64,000 nt of DNA from an uncultured Polyangiaceae bacterium (GTDB taxonomy: Bacteria > Myxococcota_A > Polyangia > Polyangiales > Houyiibacteriaceae). This document shows positions 46,256-56,945 of the stretch, piece after piece; the first letter of the stretch is position 1, and each line of letters opens with the position of its first letter. The stretch covers positions 671 to 64,670 of the forward strand of contig CAXMRN010000075.1 in NCBI GenBank assembly GCA_964195565.1. The letters are read 5' to 3'. A model generated the notes under the pieces. It saw only the letters and a program-made list of their open reading frames with translations. It was not told the DNA's origin and did not search any database. A program made the translations under genes and the position numbers.

Positions 46256-48292
46256 ATGGCGCGGGAGCTAGAGCTAGTCACTCATCTGGAACCGAAGGCT
46301 GACCAGCCCCAAGCAATTTCTGAGCTTTTACAGGGACTTACACGCGGAGACCAGCATCAGGTTCTGCTGGGCATTACCGGTAGCGGAAAGACCTTCACGG
46401 TCGCCAACGTCATCGCCGAGACGCAGCGGCCGACTCTGATTATGGCGCCTAACAAGACCTTGGCCGCGCAGCTCTACAGCGAGATGCGTGACCTCTTTCC
46501 CAACAACGCGGTCGAGTACTTCGTCAGCTACTACGACTACTACCAGCCCGAGGCGTACATCCCATCGAGCGACACCTACATCGAGAAGGACGCGATCGTA
46601 AACGACAAGGTCGACCGTATGCGTCACAGCGCGACGCGTTCGCTCCTCTCGCGACGCGACGTGATCATCGTAGCGAGCGTCTCGTGCATCTACGGCATTG
46701 GCTCTTCGGAGTGGTACCAGGAGATGTTGATCAATCTCGAAGTGGGACAAGAGTTTCGCCGCGATCATCTCCTGCGTCGGTTGGTCGACATTCAGTACCA
46801 ACGCAACGACATCGACTTCCACCGCGGCACGTTCCGTGTTCGCGGAGACGTAGTGGAGATCTTCCCGGCTCACTCGGAGAACCTCGCTGTGCGTGTCGAA
46901 TACTGGGGGGACGAGATCGAACGCATCGTCGAAATCGATCCGATCCGAGGCAAAGTGCTCGAGGAGCTCGACCAGTACGGCATCTATCCCGGCAGCCACT
47001 ACGTAACCCCGGACGCGCACCGAAAACAAGCGATCGAATCGATCCGCGAGGAGCTCCTCGAATGGCTCCCAAAACTCGAATCAGAGGGCAAATTGCTGGA
47101 AAAGCAGCGCCTAGAACAGCGCACCATGTACGACCTGGAGATGCTCGAGCAGATGGGGTTCTGCCACGGCATCGAGAACTACAGCCGCCATCTTTCAGGC
47201 CGGAACGAGGGTGATCCGCCACCGACGCTACTCGACTACTTCCCTGACGACTTCTTGGTGATTCTGGACGAGTCCCACATCACGGTGCCGCAGCTTGGCG
47301 CGATGTTCAAAGGCGACCGTTCCCGCAAAGAGACCTTGGTCGAGCACGGGTTTCGAATGCCGAGCGCGCTCGATAATCGGCCGCTGCGTTTTGCCGAATG
47401 GGAGGAGCGTGTCGGTCAAGTCATTCACGTGAGTGCGACACCAGCCGATTGGGAGATCGAACATGCCGGCGGTGTGGTCGTGGAACAGGTGATTCGTCCC
47501 ACTGGCCTCCTCGATCCACAGCTGCACGTTCGTCCGACCAAGCACCAAGTCGACGATTTGCTCGGCGAGATTCGCGAGCGAGTCGCCAGAAACGAACGCG
47601 TACTGGTCACCACCCTCACCAAGCGAATGGCCGAGGACCTGACCGAATACTACGGGGAGCTCGGCGTCCGAGTGCGCTACCTCCACAGCGACATAAACAC
47701 CTTAGAACGTGTTGAAATTCTTAGGGATTTACGGCGTGGTGAATTTGACGTTCTGGTCGGTATCAACCTTCTGCGCGAAGGGCTCGACCTACCGGAGGTG
47801 TCGCTGGTTGGGATCCTCGACGCGGACAAGGAAGGCTTTCTTCGGTCGGCCCGATCTTTGATTCAGACCATTGGGCGCGCGGCGCGCAACGAGCGCGGCG
47901 AAGTGCTCCTGTACGGCGATCGAATCACCAAGGCGATGCGCCACGCGATGGACGAGACCGACCGTCGCCGCGCGCGGCAGGTCGAGTACAACGAAGAGCA
48001 CGGCATCACTCCCCGAACGATTGAGAAGGCCGTCCTCGAAATGGATCCATCCACCGGAGCTGGCGACTACGTCGTGATCCCGATCTTGAGGAAGGGCGAA
48101 GGGGCGGACGACCCTGCAAATATCCCGGCCCGCATCGAAGAGCTCCGAAGCGAGATGTTGCTTGCCGCGGAAGAGCTTGAGTTTGAGAAGGCTGCCGGGC
48201 TACGCGACCAGGTCGAACAGCTTCGGGCCCAGCTCGCGCCCGGCAAGAGCCAGGGCAAGCGAGACCGCGGGCCCCAACGACCACGCCGCTGA
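46256..48292 (+). CDS. uvrB: Excinuclease ABC subunit B
   Basis: '[10 protein letters not shown]', '[10 protein letters not shown]', helicase motifs, and a C-terminal UVR domain '[14 protein letters not shown]'. Confidence 0.97.
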   Translation: MARELELVTHLEPKADQPQAISELLQGLTRGDQHQVLLGITGSGKTFTVANVIAETQRPTLIMAPNKTLAAQLYSEMRDLFPNNAVEYFVSYYDYYQPEAYIPSSDTYIEKDAIVNDKVDRMRHSATRSLLSRRDVIIVASVSCIYGIGSSEWYQEMLINLEVGQEFRRDHLLRRLVDIQYQRNDIDFHRGTFRVRGDVVEIFPAHSENLAVRVEYWGDEIERIVEIDPIRGKVLEELDQYGIYPGSHYVTPDAHRKQAIESIREELLEWLPKLESEGKLLEKQRLEQRTMYDLEMLEQMGFCHGIENYSRHLSGRNEGDPPPTLLDYFPDDFLVILDESHITVPQLGAMFKGDRSRKETLVEHGFRMPSALDNRPLRFAEWEERVGQVIHVSATPADWEIEHAGGVVVEQVIRPTGLLDPQLHVRPTKHQVDDLLGEIRERVARNERVLVTTLTKRMAEDLTEYYGELGVRVRYLHSDINTLERVEILRDLRRGEFDVLVGINLLREGLDLPEVSLVGILDADKEGFLRSARSLIQTIGRAARNERGEVLLYGDRITKAMRHAMDETDRRRARQVEYNEEHGITPRTIEKAVLEMDPSTGAGDYVVIPILRKGEGADDPANIPARIEELRSEMLLAAEELEFEKAAGLRDQVEQLRAQLAPGKSQGKRDRGPQRPRR

Positions 48293-48384
48293 ATTTCGCC
48301 TAAACTTCTGTGATCACTCGCTTTATTTGCGCATTTAGCGGGTTCCTTGAGCCGAAAAACCGGCGAGGCTAGGCTGTTTTCGCT

Positions 48385-50400
48385 ATGCGCTTCAGCTTGC
48401 TTGTCTTGTGGATGACCATGGTTTGGTCCACGGCCCTCGGGAGCGGTGCCGCCCAAGACAGCGATCGCCTTCTCGAGTTTCGATTCACACCGACCAAGCG
48501 CGCTCAGATCGCCATTTGGATCGAAGACGCCGACGGCACGTTCATGGAGACCGTGGCCCTCACCTCCTCGGTCGCGCTTCGCGGTGTCGGCAATCGGCCG
48601 GGCGCTCTGCAGATGAACAGTGGGTTCCGCTGGCCGTATGGTCGGCGCGAAGGAATCTTGCCTGTTTGGGGACATCGTCGAGCTGTCGCCCCGGGTGCCA
48701 CGCCGTTCCCCATGGTGATCTTTCAAGATCGTACTTCGGAGGGATTCGCATCTCGTACCTCGGTCGACGCATCCCCCGACTCGTACTTCTGCCTCTCCTT
48801 TGACCAGACCACGACGACTCGCGAGGCACTCGACGCGATCACCTGCGCAAGTGTCTTCAACAGCGACAAGGGTCGCTTCGCAACCGACGGCGATGTCGGT
48901 AACGGATACGCCGAACCGTTCGTCGAACCATCCGGCTCCGACGGCATGCGCCCGCTCGGCGCCGTTTCGATCTACCCGCCCCGACGTGACGTCGAAGGCC
49001 TCGGTCAGTTCGACCATCCCGACGTGGCGCGGTTCGTTCAGGAAGCGCGCAGCGTCATGCCCAACATCGACGCCGTGACCATGGCTACGCCCGCCGGGGA
49101 CGTGCCTCGGACCATCCAATACATAGCCCCCAAAGAGTGGGAAGATGGCGAGTACACCGCCCTGATCGAAGTCAATGTCGAGGGCGACTACAACGACGTT
49201 TACAACGACGAGACCTATCCGACGCCGCTCTCGGAGATGTGGGATTTCTGGGCTGAAACCTATGGCTACCCCTACCGTGGGCAGCCCTCAGTGGTGTACG
49301 CGGTGCCGTTCACCTTGGGTCCCCTGATCGAGGAGCACGAGACCTCGGAGCCCGCCGGGTACGCAAGCCTCCATGGGGAGTCCGGCGACCTGATCACCAT
49401 GGGCCCCACGATCACCGACGACCCTGACGGTGCCCCAGGCAGCGGAGCCGACCGCCTGCGCGCGGGTGAGACGGGCACCCGTTTCGAAGTCGTCGTCCTC
49501 GCCACCAACATCTGCGGCGAACCGGCGCCGCCCGACATCTGCGGCCAGGGGTGCACCGACGACGCTGAGTGCGGGATGGGCTTTATCTGCGCCGAGGAGG
49601 GGGTCTGCACCGGATTGTGCGACACCGAAGCGCAGCCCGATGCGATCTCCGATTTCACCATGGAGAATCATCCGAATTCGAAGTGGTCTCACGTAGTCGG
49701 GCGCCTTCGTTTCACGGTTCCACATAGCCCGCGCCCACTCCGGCAATACAAGATCCTGGCAAGCAAGATTCTCGTCAACAGTGTCGTCACTGAGGACGCG
49801 CATGCACTCGAGATCACCAGCGCGGGCAAGCCCATCCAAGGAGACGGGCTCCACATCCCTGTCGATTCGGAATGTAGCGGTGGTGTTGCGTCGGAGATCC
49901 TCTGCGCGCCCTACCTCGCCAACGAGGAGGGCGAGTGCGAGAACGGGATCGATGCCGACGGGGACGGAGATTGTTTGGACCCGGGCGACACCATCGTCGT
50001 CAACACGGCGTTCGATGCGCACGATACGGAGTACGAGCTCGAGATCATGGCGACCGATCTCTGCCAAGGGCAAAGCGACCCTGTCGCGGTAGGACTGAAG
50101 ACGACCCCGATCGACTTCACCACCGTTTCTCCGTGTTTCGTAGCCACGGCGGCTTATGGCTCGCCCCTGGCCGATGAGATTTGGGCGCTCCGGCGCTTTC
50201 GTGATCGTTACCTGATGACCAACCCCGCAGGCCGTGCGTTCGTCGACGCATATTATTCCGTCGGACCGTACGCGGCCGATATCATTGCTGAGCACCCATG
50301 GATGCAAACCACCACCCGCCTGCTTCTCACCCCTCTCGTCTCCCTCGCCCGCTACGCGACCGCAGAAAAACAAGGCGAAAACGCCTCTTCAGCGCCCTGA
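48385..50400 (+). CDS. Large secreted multidomain protein: DUF2271-like N-terminus, Cys-rich/Asp-rich middle, C-terminal 'CFVATAAYGS' anchor-type domain
   Basis: Signal peptide. 'IAIWIEDADGTFMETVALTS' resembles DUF2271 (from memory). Cys-rich 'CGEPAPPDICGQGCTDDAECGMGFICAEEGVCTGLC'. 'DADGDGDCLDPGD' is a Ca-binding-like loop. The C-terminal 'CFVATAAYGSPLADEIWALRRFRDRYL' resembles what I recall as the CFI-box-CTERM domain. Confidence 0.55.
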   Translation: MRFSLLVLWMTMVWSTALGSGAAQDSDRLLEFRFTPTKRAQIAIWIEDADGTFMETVALTSSVALRGVGNRPGALQMNSGFRWPYGRREGILPVWGHRRAVAPGATPFPMVIFQDRTSEGFASRTSVDASPDSYFCLSFDQTTTTREALDAITCASVFNSDKGRFATDGDVGNGYAEPFVEPSGSDGMRPLGAVSIYPPRRDVEGLGQFDHPDVARFVQEARSVMPNIDAVTMATPAGDVPRTIQYIAPKEWEDGEYTALIEVNVEGDYNDVYNDETYPTPLSEMWDFWAETYGYPYRGQPSVVYAVPFTLGPLIEEHETSEPAGYASLHGESGDLITMGPTITDDPDGAPGSGADRLRAGETGTRFEVVVLATNICGEPAPPDICGQGCTDDAECGMGFICAEEGVCTGLCDTEAQPDAISDFTMENHPNSKWSHVVGRLRFTVPHSPRPLRQYKILASKILVNSVVTEDAHALEITSAGKPIQGDGLHIPVDSECSGGVASEILCAPYLANEEGECENGIDADGDGDCLDPGDTIVVNTAFDAHDTEYELEIMATDLCQGQSDPVAVGLKTTPIDFTTVSPCFVATAAYGSPLADEIWALRRFRDRYLMTNPAGRAFVDAYYSVGPYAADIIAEHPWMQTTTRLLLTPLVSLARYATAEKQGENASSAP

Positions 50401-50600
50401 AGCTGGCGACGGTCCTGGCCCTTTGTGCGGCCGCCGGCTGCGCGACGGTCAAGCCCTACGAGCGTGAGTACTTGTCTCGCCCAAGCATGGACCTCCAACG
50501 TGAGGCCACCGAAGCGAAGTTCTACACCCACGTCCTAGATGCCCGGGAGGGCGCCACCGGAGGTCTCGGAACCGCCGGCGGGGGATGCGGGTGCAACTAA
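50298..50600 (+). CDS. DUF4266-like small lipoprotein (start codon uncertain)
   Basis: Lipobox 'LALCAAAGC', 'KPYERE.LS...M', and a C-terminal 'GGGCGCN' tail. The only ATG (50298) gives a 103-nt overlap with the upstream gene. An in-frame CTG at 50395 is an alternative start. Confidence 0.55.
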   Translation: MDANHHPPASHPSRLPRPLRDRRKTRRKRLFSALKLATVLALCAAAGCATVKPYEREYLSRPSMDLQREATEAKFYTHVLDAREGATGGLGTAGGGCGCN

Positions 50601-51772
50601 GCGCGCCCACTCAGGGGTCGAGATGGGATGTGCTGCGGTTGCTCTTGGCGACCAGCATCACGCTGGCCGGTCTCCAGCCAACGCGCTCGAACGCAGACGC
50701 GGTGACCGGGACTTGGACGGGCGACGCACAGGTGCGAGGCAACTACTACTGGGATCGAAGCACCCGGGTGCTCGCTCCCGAGATCATCGCGCAACTCGAA
50801 GCTCCCCAGGGAAGCCGCATGCGCGTGGACTACCTGGTGGACTCGATCACGAGCGCGAGCATCGCAGCTGGTGCGCTCGAAGACACTCGCTTCACCGAGG
50901 TGCGGCACGACGTCGACCTCAAGGGGGGACACGAGTTCGTGAACCGTGAGAACCCAGTCGACCTGTTCGGTGGTTTCCGCTTCAGTCGCGAGCCAGACTA
51001 CTTCTCGTTCGCCACCCTCTTTCAGCCGACGATTTGGCTCGCCGACCGGGCGACGATGTTCCGCGGTCGAATCAGCTACCGTCACGACGAAATCGGCCAG
51101 AATTTCCGGGGTGGATCGCAGCAGCGGCCCGGCAACATGGGGGGCACGAGCGCCAGCGGGTTCAGAGAAACCCTCGACGCGGTCTCGATCGCGGCAGGCT
51201 GGGAACAGGTCCTCACGCGCACCCTCGTGCTGGAGGTTAGCTACGACATGACCTACCAATGGGGCTTCCTTGCCAACCCCTATCGCTCGGTGTTGGGAGG
51301 ACAACGTCCGGAGGAACATCCGGACCAACGTCTTCGTCATTTGTTGTTCTCGCGGCTCGCTTGGTACATCCCGCGGTCACGCACCTCGCTCCAGGTTTTG
51401 TACCGTTCGTACATCGACGACTGGAAGCTCACCGCGATCAATCCCGAGTTCCGCATCTATCAAGAAATGTCTCCGTATTTTCAAACTCGCTTGCGGTATC
51501 GCTACTACACGCAGACGTCCGCGTTCTTCTATCGGCGCGACCCCAATAGCTACACCTTCGAGGATCCGTACGTCACCGCGGACCCGAAGCTGAGCGCCTT
51601 CCACGTCAACGAACTCGGCATCCAGTTCCTCGTCCTCGGTTCGTTCCTCGAAGGCAAAGCTCACCGCTCGATCGCCGGGGCGCAGTTCGACATCAGCTTC
51701 AACTATCGCTGGAACACCAACGCCTTCGGCAACCAAGTAGTCGCCCAAACCGGCCTAAGAATCCCGTTCTAA
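50585..51772 (+). CDS. DUF3570-like outer-membrane beta-barrel protein
   Basis: Signal peptide and alternating beta-strand pattern, ending '...TGLRIPF' with an aromatic terminus. The pairing with a DUF4266-like gene is the family's usual context as I recall it. Confidence 0.55.
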   Translation: MRVQLSAPTQGSRWDVLRLLLATSITLAGLQPTRSNADAVTGTWTGDAQVRGNYYWDRSTRVLAPEIIAQLEAPQGSRMRVDYLVDSITSASIAAGALEDTRFTEVRHDVDLKGGHEFVNRENPVDLFGGFRFSREPDYFSFATLFQPTIWLADRATMFRGRISYRHDEIGQNFRGGSQQRPGNMGGTSASGFRETLDAVSIAAGWEQVLTRTLVLEVSYDMTYQWGFLANPYRSVLGGQRPEEHPDQRLRHLLFSRLAWYIPRSRTSLQVLYRSYIDDWKLTAINPEFRIYQEMSPYFQTRLRYRYYTQTSAFFYRRDPNSYTFEDPYVTADPKLSAFHVNELGIQFLVLGSFLEGKAHRSIAGAQFDISFNYRWNTNAFGNQVVAQTGLRIPF

Positions 51773-51822
51773 GGGGACACTCTCCCCCCTCCCAACTCCC
51801 TGAAATCACTCCGATCCCCCGG

Positions 51823-51876
51823 CAAAGATCGCAGCGACCCACCGTCCGTATCACCGATCTGGCGCTGCGATCTTTG
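51823..51876. repeat. Perfect 14-bp inverted repeat with 26-nt spacer between convergent genes
   Basis: caaagatcgcagcg (51823-51836) and cgctgcgatctttg (51863-51876). The second arm overlaps the 3' end of the rluA-family gene. Confidence 0.6.
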
Positions 51877-52774
51877 GAGCAGAAGCGCAATGATTCCAGT
51901 GGCTTGTGATGGTGGATAGTGTCCCGAGTTGGATGGAGAGGGCGTGGAGGAGGTGGCGGTTGGGGGGGGCTAGGGGTGGGCCGCCGTAGAGCGTGTCGCC
52001 TAGGAGCGGGTGGCCGATGGAGGCGAGGTGGGCTCGGATTTGGTGGCGACGTGCGTTGTTCGCGCGTACCTCGATGAGGGAGCCGTGCTCCGCTGGGGTG
52101 CTGGTGAGGATTTCGGTTTGAGCCGGTTGCGCGCGTAGGCGTTTGATCTCGCGGGGGTCCTTGCAGACGCAGACTCTGCGCCGGTCGCGGGGGTCGTTGG
52201 CGATCGGTGTGTCGATGACGATCGGTGCAGGTACGCTACCCTGGCAGCGCGCGAGGTATCGCTTTTCGATCTGGCCTTCTTGGAGTTGTTCACGAAGTCG
52301 CTCGAACGTCGTTTGATCGCGAGCGGCGAGCACTACGCCTGACGTGTCGTTGTCGAGTCGGTGAAGGATGCCCGGCTCGCGCCTGCTGTAACCGACGTCG
52401 CGCATCTCGGGATACCGCGCCACCAACGCGCCAGCCAAGGTGCCGAGCTCGCCTTCTTTCAACGGATGAGTGGGGACTCCCGCAGGCTTGTCGACGACGA
52501 CGTAGCCGTCAGTCTCGACGAGCACATCCAGCGCCAGACCTGAGTCAGGCGCTGCATAGAAATCAACCAGGCCCGGAGTCTTCTCCAAGGTCACGCGGTC
52601 GCCCACAGACACGATGTAGCTCTTCTTGACCCGTCGCCCGTCCACCCGAACAGCGCCTTCTTCGATAAGCGCTTTCGCCCTAGCGCGGCTCAGCTCGGGC
52701 ACGCGGCGCACGAGGATCACGTCGACCCGTAGCCCCGCGTCCTCTTCTTCGATCTCGAGCTCGGCGACCGACAT
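51851..52774 (-). CDS. RluA-family 23S/tRNA pseudouridine synthase (S4 domain + catalytic domain)
   Basis: '[12 protein letters not shown]' catalytic Asp motif, 'RHQIRAHL', and an N-terminal S4-like 'R.D..L......SR...K.LI..G.V.V.G'. ATG 52774 was chosen; the upstream 309 codons of the track ORF are antisense to dnaJ. Confidence 0.85.
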   Translation of the reverse strand: MSVAELEIEEEDAGLRVDVILVRRVPELSRARAKALIEEGAVRVDGRRVKKSYIVSVGDRVTLEKTPGLVDFYAAPDSGLALDVLVETDGYVVVDKPAGVPTHPLKEGELGTLAGALVARYPEMRDVGYSRREPGILHRLDNDTSGVVLAARDQTTFERLREQLQEGQIEKRYLARCQGSVPAPIVIDTPIANDPRDRRRVCVCKDPREIKRLRAQPAQTEILTSTPAEHGSLIEVRANNARRHQIRAHLASIGHPLLGDTLYGGPPLAPPNRHLLHALSIQLGTLSTITSHWNHCASAPKIAAPDR

Positions 52775-52852
52775 CTGCCTCCCCTCCCACACTCTAGGAT
52801 ATTTTTCCACGCCGTTTGCGCGCGCAGGCGCCGCGTCTACACTCCAAAACCA

Positions 52853-53947
52853 GTGCCCAAGCGTGATTACTACGTGATTCTCGAAGTCACTCGGACCGCC
52901 GCGGGCGACGAGATCAAGCAAGCCTATCGTGCGCTCGCAATGAAGTACCACCCGGACCGCAACCCGGACAATCCGGAGGCCGAGGACTTCTTCAAGGAAG
53001 CAAGCGAGGCATACGCCGTGCTGAGCGACCCGGACCGGCGCAAGCAGTACGACCGATTCGGTCATGCAGCGTTCGAGAGTGGCGGCGCGGGTTTCGAAGC
53101 CGGCGACTTTGGCGCTGTGAGCGACATCCTCGAAGGGCTGTTCGGCGAGGTGTTCAGCGGCGGGCGCCGCAAGCGCAGAGGCGGTCGCGACCTCACCTAC
53201 GACTTGGAGGTCTCTTTCGTAGAAGCCGCGCTGGGCATCGACAAGAAGATCGACGTCAACCGTCCGGCTGCATGCGCAACTTGCAGCGGAAGCGGCGCGC
53301 AGCCGGGCACGCCCGTCCACAAGTGCAACGTGTGCCAAGGCCGCGCCCAGGTGAAATATCAGCGAGGCCTCTTTGCCGCCGCGCGACCGTGCCACGCGTG
53401 TCGCGGCACCGGTAAGAAGATCCCGACACCGTGCGAGGCATGCAACGGCACCGGCAGCAAGATGCGCGCCGAAGCGATGAACGTGAAGATCCCCGCGGGG
53501 GTTCAAGACGGCGCAGTGCGTACCGTCCGAGGTGCGGGGGAAACGGACCCAGGCGGCAACGGCGACCTCCACATCAACGTCAAAGTCCGCGACCACTCGT
53601 TGTTTCAGCGTGAGGGCGCCGACATCTTGGTGTCGATTCCGATCTCGTTCCCTCAGGCCGTGCTCGGGGCCAGCATCGATGTACCCACCCTCGATGGCCA
53701 AGTGGTCATGAAGGTTCCGCCAGGAACGCAGTCCGGAAAGGTCTTCCGCCTACGGGGCAAAGGGATCCCCGTGTACGGAGGCTACGGAAAAGGCGATCAG
53801 CTCGTCACCGTCGTGGTCGAGGTGCCGCAGGAAATCAGCCGGCGGCAGCGCAAGCTGATCACCGAGCTGGCCCAAGAGATCGGCGACAACAGCCACCCGC
53901 AGCAGGCAAGCTTCATCAAGAAGCTTCGTGGCCTGTTCGATTCCTAG
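52853..53947 (+). CDS. dnaJ: Chaperone DnaJ (type I, with zinc-finger domain)
   Basis: 'DYYVILEV', 'YHPDRNP', G/F region, and four CxxCxGxG repeats ([32 protein letters not shown]). GTG start. Confidence 0.95.
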   Translation: MPKRDYYVILEVTRTAAGDEIKQAYRALAMKYHPDRNPDNPEAEDFFKEASEAYAVLSDPDRRKQYDRFGHAAFESGGAGFEAGDFGAVSDILEGLFGEVFSGGRRKRRGGRDLTYDLEVSFVEAALGIDKKIDVNRPAACATCSGSGAQPGTPVHKCNVCQGRAQVKYQRGLFAAARPCHACRGTGKKIPTPCEACNGTGSKMRAEAMNVKIPAGVQDGAVRTVRGAGETDPGGNGDLHINVKVRDHSLFQREGADILVSIPISFPQAVLGASIDVPTLDGQVVMKVPPGTQSGKVFRLRGKGIPVYGGYGKGDQLVTVVVEVPQEISRRQRKLITELAQEIGDNSHPQQASFIKKLRGLFDS

Positions 53948-53994
53948 CGCGCTGATTACTTGCGCTCGGGCCCGAGCTTGCCAAGCTAGGGGCC

Positions 53995-54669
53995 ATGCGA
54001 ACTGCAGCTCTATTCCTATTGGCCGGCGTACTCCTAATGGGGTGCCCGAAAGAAGAAGACGCACCGAGCAAGAGCGAGGGCGAAGAAAGCCCTGCGCCCG
54101 CTCAGGAGGAGGCCAAGGAGGTGACCCCGGAAGGACAAGCGCCCAATCAATACACGGTCGAGCTCGACACGACCAAAGGCGCAATCGTGATCGACGTGCG
54201 CCGCGACTGGGCTCCTCATGGAGCCGACCGCTTCTACGAGCTCGTGCAACAGGGCTACTTCACCGACGTTGCCTTCTTCCGCGTCGTCAGCGGCTTCATG
54301 GCTCAGGTCGGCATCAGCGGTGACCCGGCGCTCAACACCAAGTGGCGCGCGAAGCCAATCCCCGACGACCCGGTCAAGGCCAGCAACACCCGTGGCACTG
54401 CCACCTTTGCGACGTCGGGACCCAGCTCGCGAACGACGCAGTTCTTCATCAACTTCTCGGACAACTCCCGGCTCGATGGGATGGGCTTTGCGCCCTTCGG
54501 CAAGATCAAAGACATGACACCGGTCGACGCCCTCTACAACGGGTACGGCGAGGGAGCCCCCCGCGGACGCGGCCCCGACCAAGGGCGGATGCAGGCGACA
54601 GGGAACAGCTACCTCCGAGAGGATTTCCCGAAGCTCGACTACATCAAGAGCGCGAAGATCATCGAGTGA
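53995..54669 (+). CDS. Cyclophilin-type peptidyl-prolyl isomerase lipoprotein
   Basis: Lipobox 'LLMGC', 'FFRVVSGFMAQ.G', 'GT...A......S...QFFIN'. Confidence 0.9.
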   Translation: MRTAALFLLAGVLLMGCPKEEDAPSKSEGEESPAPAQEEAKEVTPEGQAPNQYTVELDTTKGAIVIDVRRDWAPHGADRFYELVQQGYFTDVAFFRVVSGFMAQVGISGDPALNTKWRAKPIPDDPVKASNTRGTATFATSGPSSRTTQFFINFSDNSRLDGMGFAPFGKIKDMTPVDALYNGYGEGAPRGRGPDQGRMQATGNSYLREDFPKLDYIKSAKIIE

Positions 54670-55741
54670 CCCCGCCGGTGACTCGGCCGGCGTCGACCTG
54701 GAAGTCGACCCGGTCCTTTTCGAGCAAGATGAACTCCGGATGAGTGGTGGTCAGGAATACCTGGCCACCCGCATGGCTCAACACCTCGAAAAACCTACGG
54801 TTTCGGCTTCGATCGAGCTCACTCGACACGTCGTCGAGCAACAGGATCGGCACCCTTCCGGTGCGCTCGCTCAAGAGGTCGAGCTCTGCGGTCTTGAGGG
54901 CCAGAACGATGGTCCGGTGTTGGCCCTGCGAGCCGTGGTGTCGCGCGCCAACCTCGTGTAGCTGCAACTCGAGGTCGTCCCCGTGCGGGCCATCCGCTGT
55001 GAACCCGCGGGCCTGATCTTTGCTGAACGAACGTTCGAGCGCATCGGCGATTGCATCTTCGGTAGGTTCGACCCGTGGCAGGTACCGAACCCCAAGCGGG
55101 GTATCACCGGCGAACACCTCGGTGAACGCGCGCACCACCCGAGGCCCGAGGTCGTCGATCAACCGACGACGCGCCTGACCTACGATGGCCCCTGCCTTGC
55201 TGAGGATGGCGTCATAGGCCCGAACTGAACGCCGGTCAGTACGTTCGTCCTTCAGCAGGCGGTTGCGGCTGCGAAGGGCCTTCTCGTAGCTTGCGAGGGT
55301 CGAGCCGTAGATCGGATCCATCTGTTCGAGCATTCGATCGAGAAACGCGCGGCGCTTGTCTGGCCCACCTGAAGCAAGGATCAGGTCTCCCGGATGAAAC
55401 AACACCATCCGGACAGTCTGGTGCCACACGCTAGTTGATCGCGGACGTTTGCCATCGAGCTGTACGCGCCGGCGCTGCGAACGACCGACCTCTACACGGA
55501 GTTTGTGAGGCGCCGGTCCGGCCTCGAGCGACGCCTCCAACAACGCAGCATCGGAGTCGAGTGCGACCAGGTCGTCTGTTTTCGCGCCACGGAAGCTCTT
55601 GAGGGCTCCGAGGTAGTAAATCGCCTCGAGAAGATTGGACTTCCCGGCGCCGTTGTCGCCGTGGATCACGTTGAAATGTGATCCCGGCTCGAAACGAAGC
55701 GACTCGAGGTTGCGAAAACCGTGGACACGAAGGGCCGTCAC
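54659..55741 (-). CDS. recF: DNA replication and repair protein RecF
   Basis: 'GDNGAGKSNLLEAI' Walker A, 'GSQGQ' signature, 'LLLDDV.SELD' Walker B. GTG 55741 is preferred; the ATG at 55825 would overlap dnaN by 29 nt. Confidence 0.9.
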   Translation of the reverse strand: MTALRVHGFRNLESLRFEPGSHFNVIHGDNGAGKSNLLEAIYYLGALKSFRGAKTDDLVALDSDAALLEASLEAGPAPHKLRVEVGRSQRRRVQLDGKRPRSTSVWHQTVRMVLFHPGDLILASGGPDKRRAFLDRMLEQMDPIYGSTLASYEKALRSRNRLLKDERTDRRSVRAYDAILSKAGAIVGQARRRLIDDLGPRVVRAFTEVFAGDTPLGVRYLPRVEPTEDAIADALERSFSKDQARGFTADGPHGDDLELQLHEVGARHHGSQGQHRTIVLALKTAELDLLSERTGRVPILLLDDVSSELDRSRNRRFFEVLSHAGGQVFLTTTHPEFILLEKDRVDFQVDAGRVTGGVTR

Positions 55742-55796
55742 CCTGCTCGGGGTCTCCGCACGCCGCGCATCCGTAGTCAACGCCCTGCCCCGTCGA

Positions 55797-56945
55797 CTAG
55801 ATGCGCATGGGCATGATGACGCCAATGAAGTCGGAATTGTCCCCGACGGGCTTCAACACTCCAGGGTCACGTTCCCCGCTGAGCTCGATCGCAATCTCGT
55901 CGTGCGGCAATGCGCTCAGCGCGTCCAGCAAATAGCGCGCATTGAAACCGATTTTGAGCTCGTCGCCGGCATAGTCGACGTCGACATCCTCGCTACCTTC
56001 CCCGACCTCTGGGTTCTGGCTCTGCAATCGCAACAGGCCTGGCTCGATCATGAGCTGAACGCCGCCGCTCTTGTCGTTGGCCACCAAACTGATGCGCCGC
56101 AGCGCCTCGACCAGTGGCCCCCGCGCCGCGATGACCGTTCGACTTTGCTTGCTCGGAATGACCTTGTCGTACGGGGGGAAGTTCTCGTCGGCGAGCTTCA
56201 CACTCAGGCAAAGGTCTTCGCGCTGAAAAAACGCGTTCCCGCCCGAGGTGGCGATGCCGATGGTCGCCGCATCTTCCCCTTTGCCCTTCCCGACTTTGAC
56301 GTCGTCCAGGAGTCGCTTGAGCTCGCTGATGCCCTTGTGAGGAACGAGCATGCTGAAGTTCATCATCGAAGCCTTGCCGCCAGTTTTGTGCTCCGCCTTC
56401 GACAAACGGTGGCCATCGGTGGTCACCATGCGAACCGTCTTGCCATCGCCCTCGAACAGCGTTCCGGCCAGGTGCGGCCGAGTGTCATCGTGCGACATCG
56501 AATACTGGGTCAGGGTGATTAACTCCGCCAGCTTGGCGGTATCGAGATGGGCAAAGTCCGCATCGCCCGGGTTCGGCAGGGGCGGAAAATCTTCTCCCGG
56601 CATCGCGGGTATGCGGTACCGCACTTTGCCGCACTTGAGCTCGACCGCGTGGCTGTCGCTCAGCTTCCAGCTGACCTCACCCTCGGGGAGGTTCTTGACG
56701 ATGTCGAACAGCGTGCGCGCCGCAACGGCAATCGTGCCGCCCTTCTTGATTTTCGCTGGAACAACCGCGGTCACGCCCAGGTAGAGATCGGTCGCGGACA
56801 GACGAAGCCGGTCTGGCCCTTCGGCCGTAAGCAACACATTGGACAAGATATGCATCGAGCTTTTGCGATCAGCTACTCCATGAGTCCGTGCAAGACCCCG
56901 GAGGAACTGTTGCTTGTCGATCGTGAGCTCCATGTTTCGATTCAC
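55797..56945 (-). CDS. dnaN: DNA polymerase III beta sliding clamp
   Basis: Three-domain clamp of about 380 aa located between dnaA and recF, ending 'GVIMPMRI'. The start may be the ATG at 56933 (MELTIDK). Confidence 0.95.
   Translation of the reverse strand: MNRNMELTIDKQQFLRGLARTHGVADRKSSMHILSNVLLTAEGPDRLRLSATDLYLGVTAVVPAKIKKGGTIAVAARTLFDIVKNLPEGEVSWKLSDSHAVELKCGKVRYRIPAMPGEDFPPLPNPGDADFAHLDTAKLAELITLTQYSMSHDDTRPHLAGTLFEGDGKTVRMVTTDGHRLSKAEHKTGGKASMMNFSMLVPHKGISELKRLLDDVKVGKGKGEDAATIGIATSGGNAFFQREDLCLSVKLADENFPPYDKVIPSKQSRTVIAARGPLVEALRRISLVANDKSGGVQLMIEPGLLRLQSQNPEVGEGSEDVDVDYAGDELKIGFNARYLLDALSALPHDEIAIELSGERDPGVLKPVGDNSDFIGVIMPMRI

Noticed and set aside
48067-50373. Minus-strand ORFs 48067-49119 (350 aa) and 49288-50373 (361 aa)
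   Set aside because: They are antisense to uvrB's 3' end and to the 671-aa secreted protein. No domain-like features are present, and the composition is typical of the GC3-driven opposite strand.
52775-53701. N-terminal 309 codons of the 616-aa track ORF 51851-53701
   Set aside because: This part is antisense to dnaJ, which has a complete J domain and four zinc-finger repeats. The pseudouridine synthase homology only begins at the internal ATG at 52774.
53964-53977. Perfect palindrome gctcgggcccgagc after dnaJ, considered as a terminator
   Set aside because: It would form only a 5-bp stem with a 4-nt loop, and there is no T-run. This is too weak to call.
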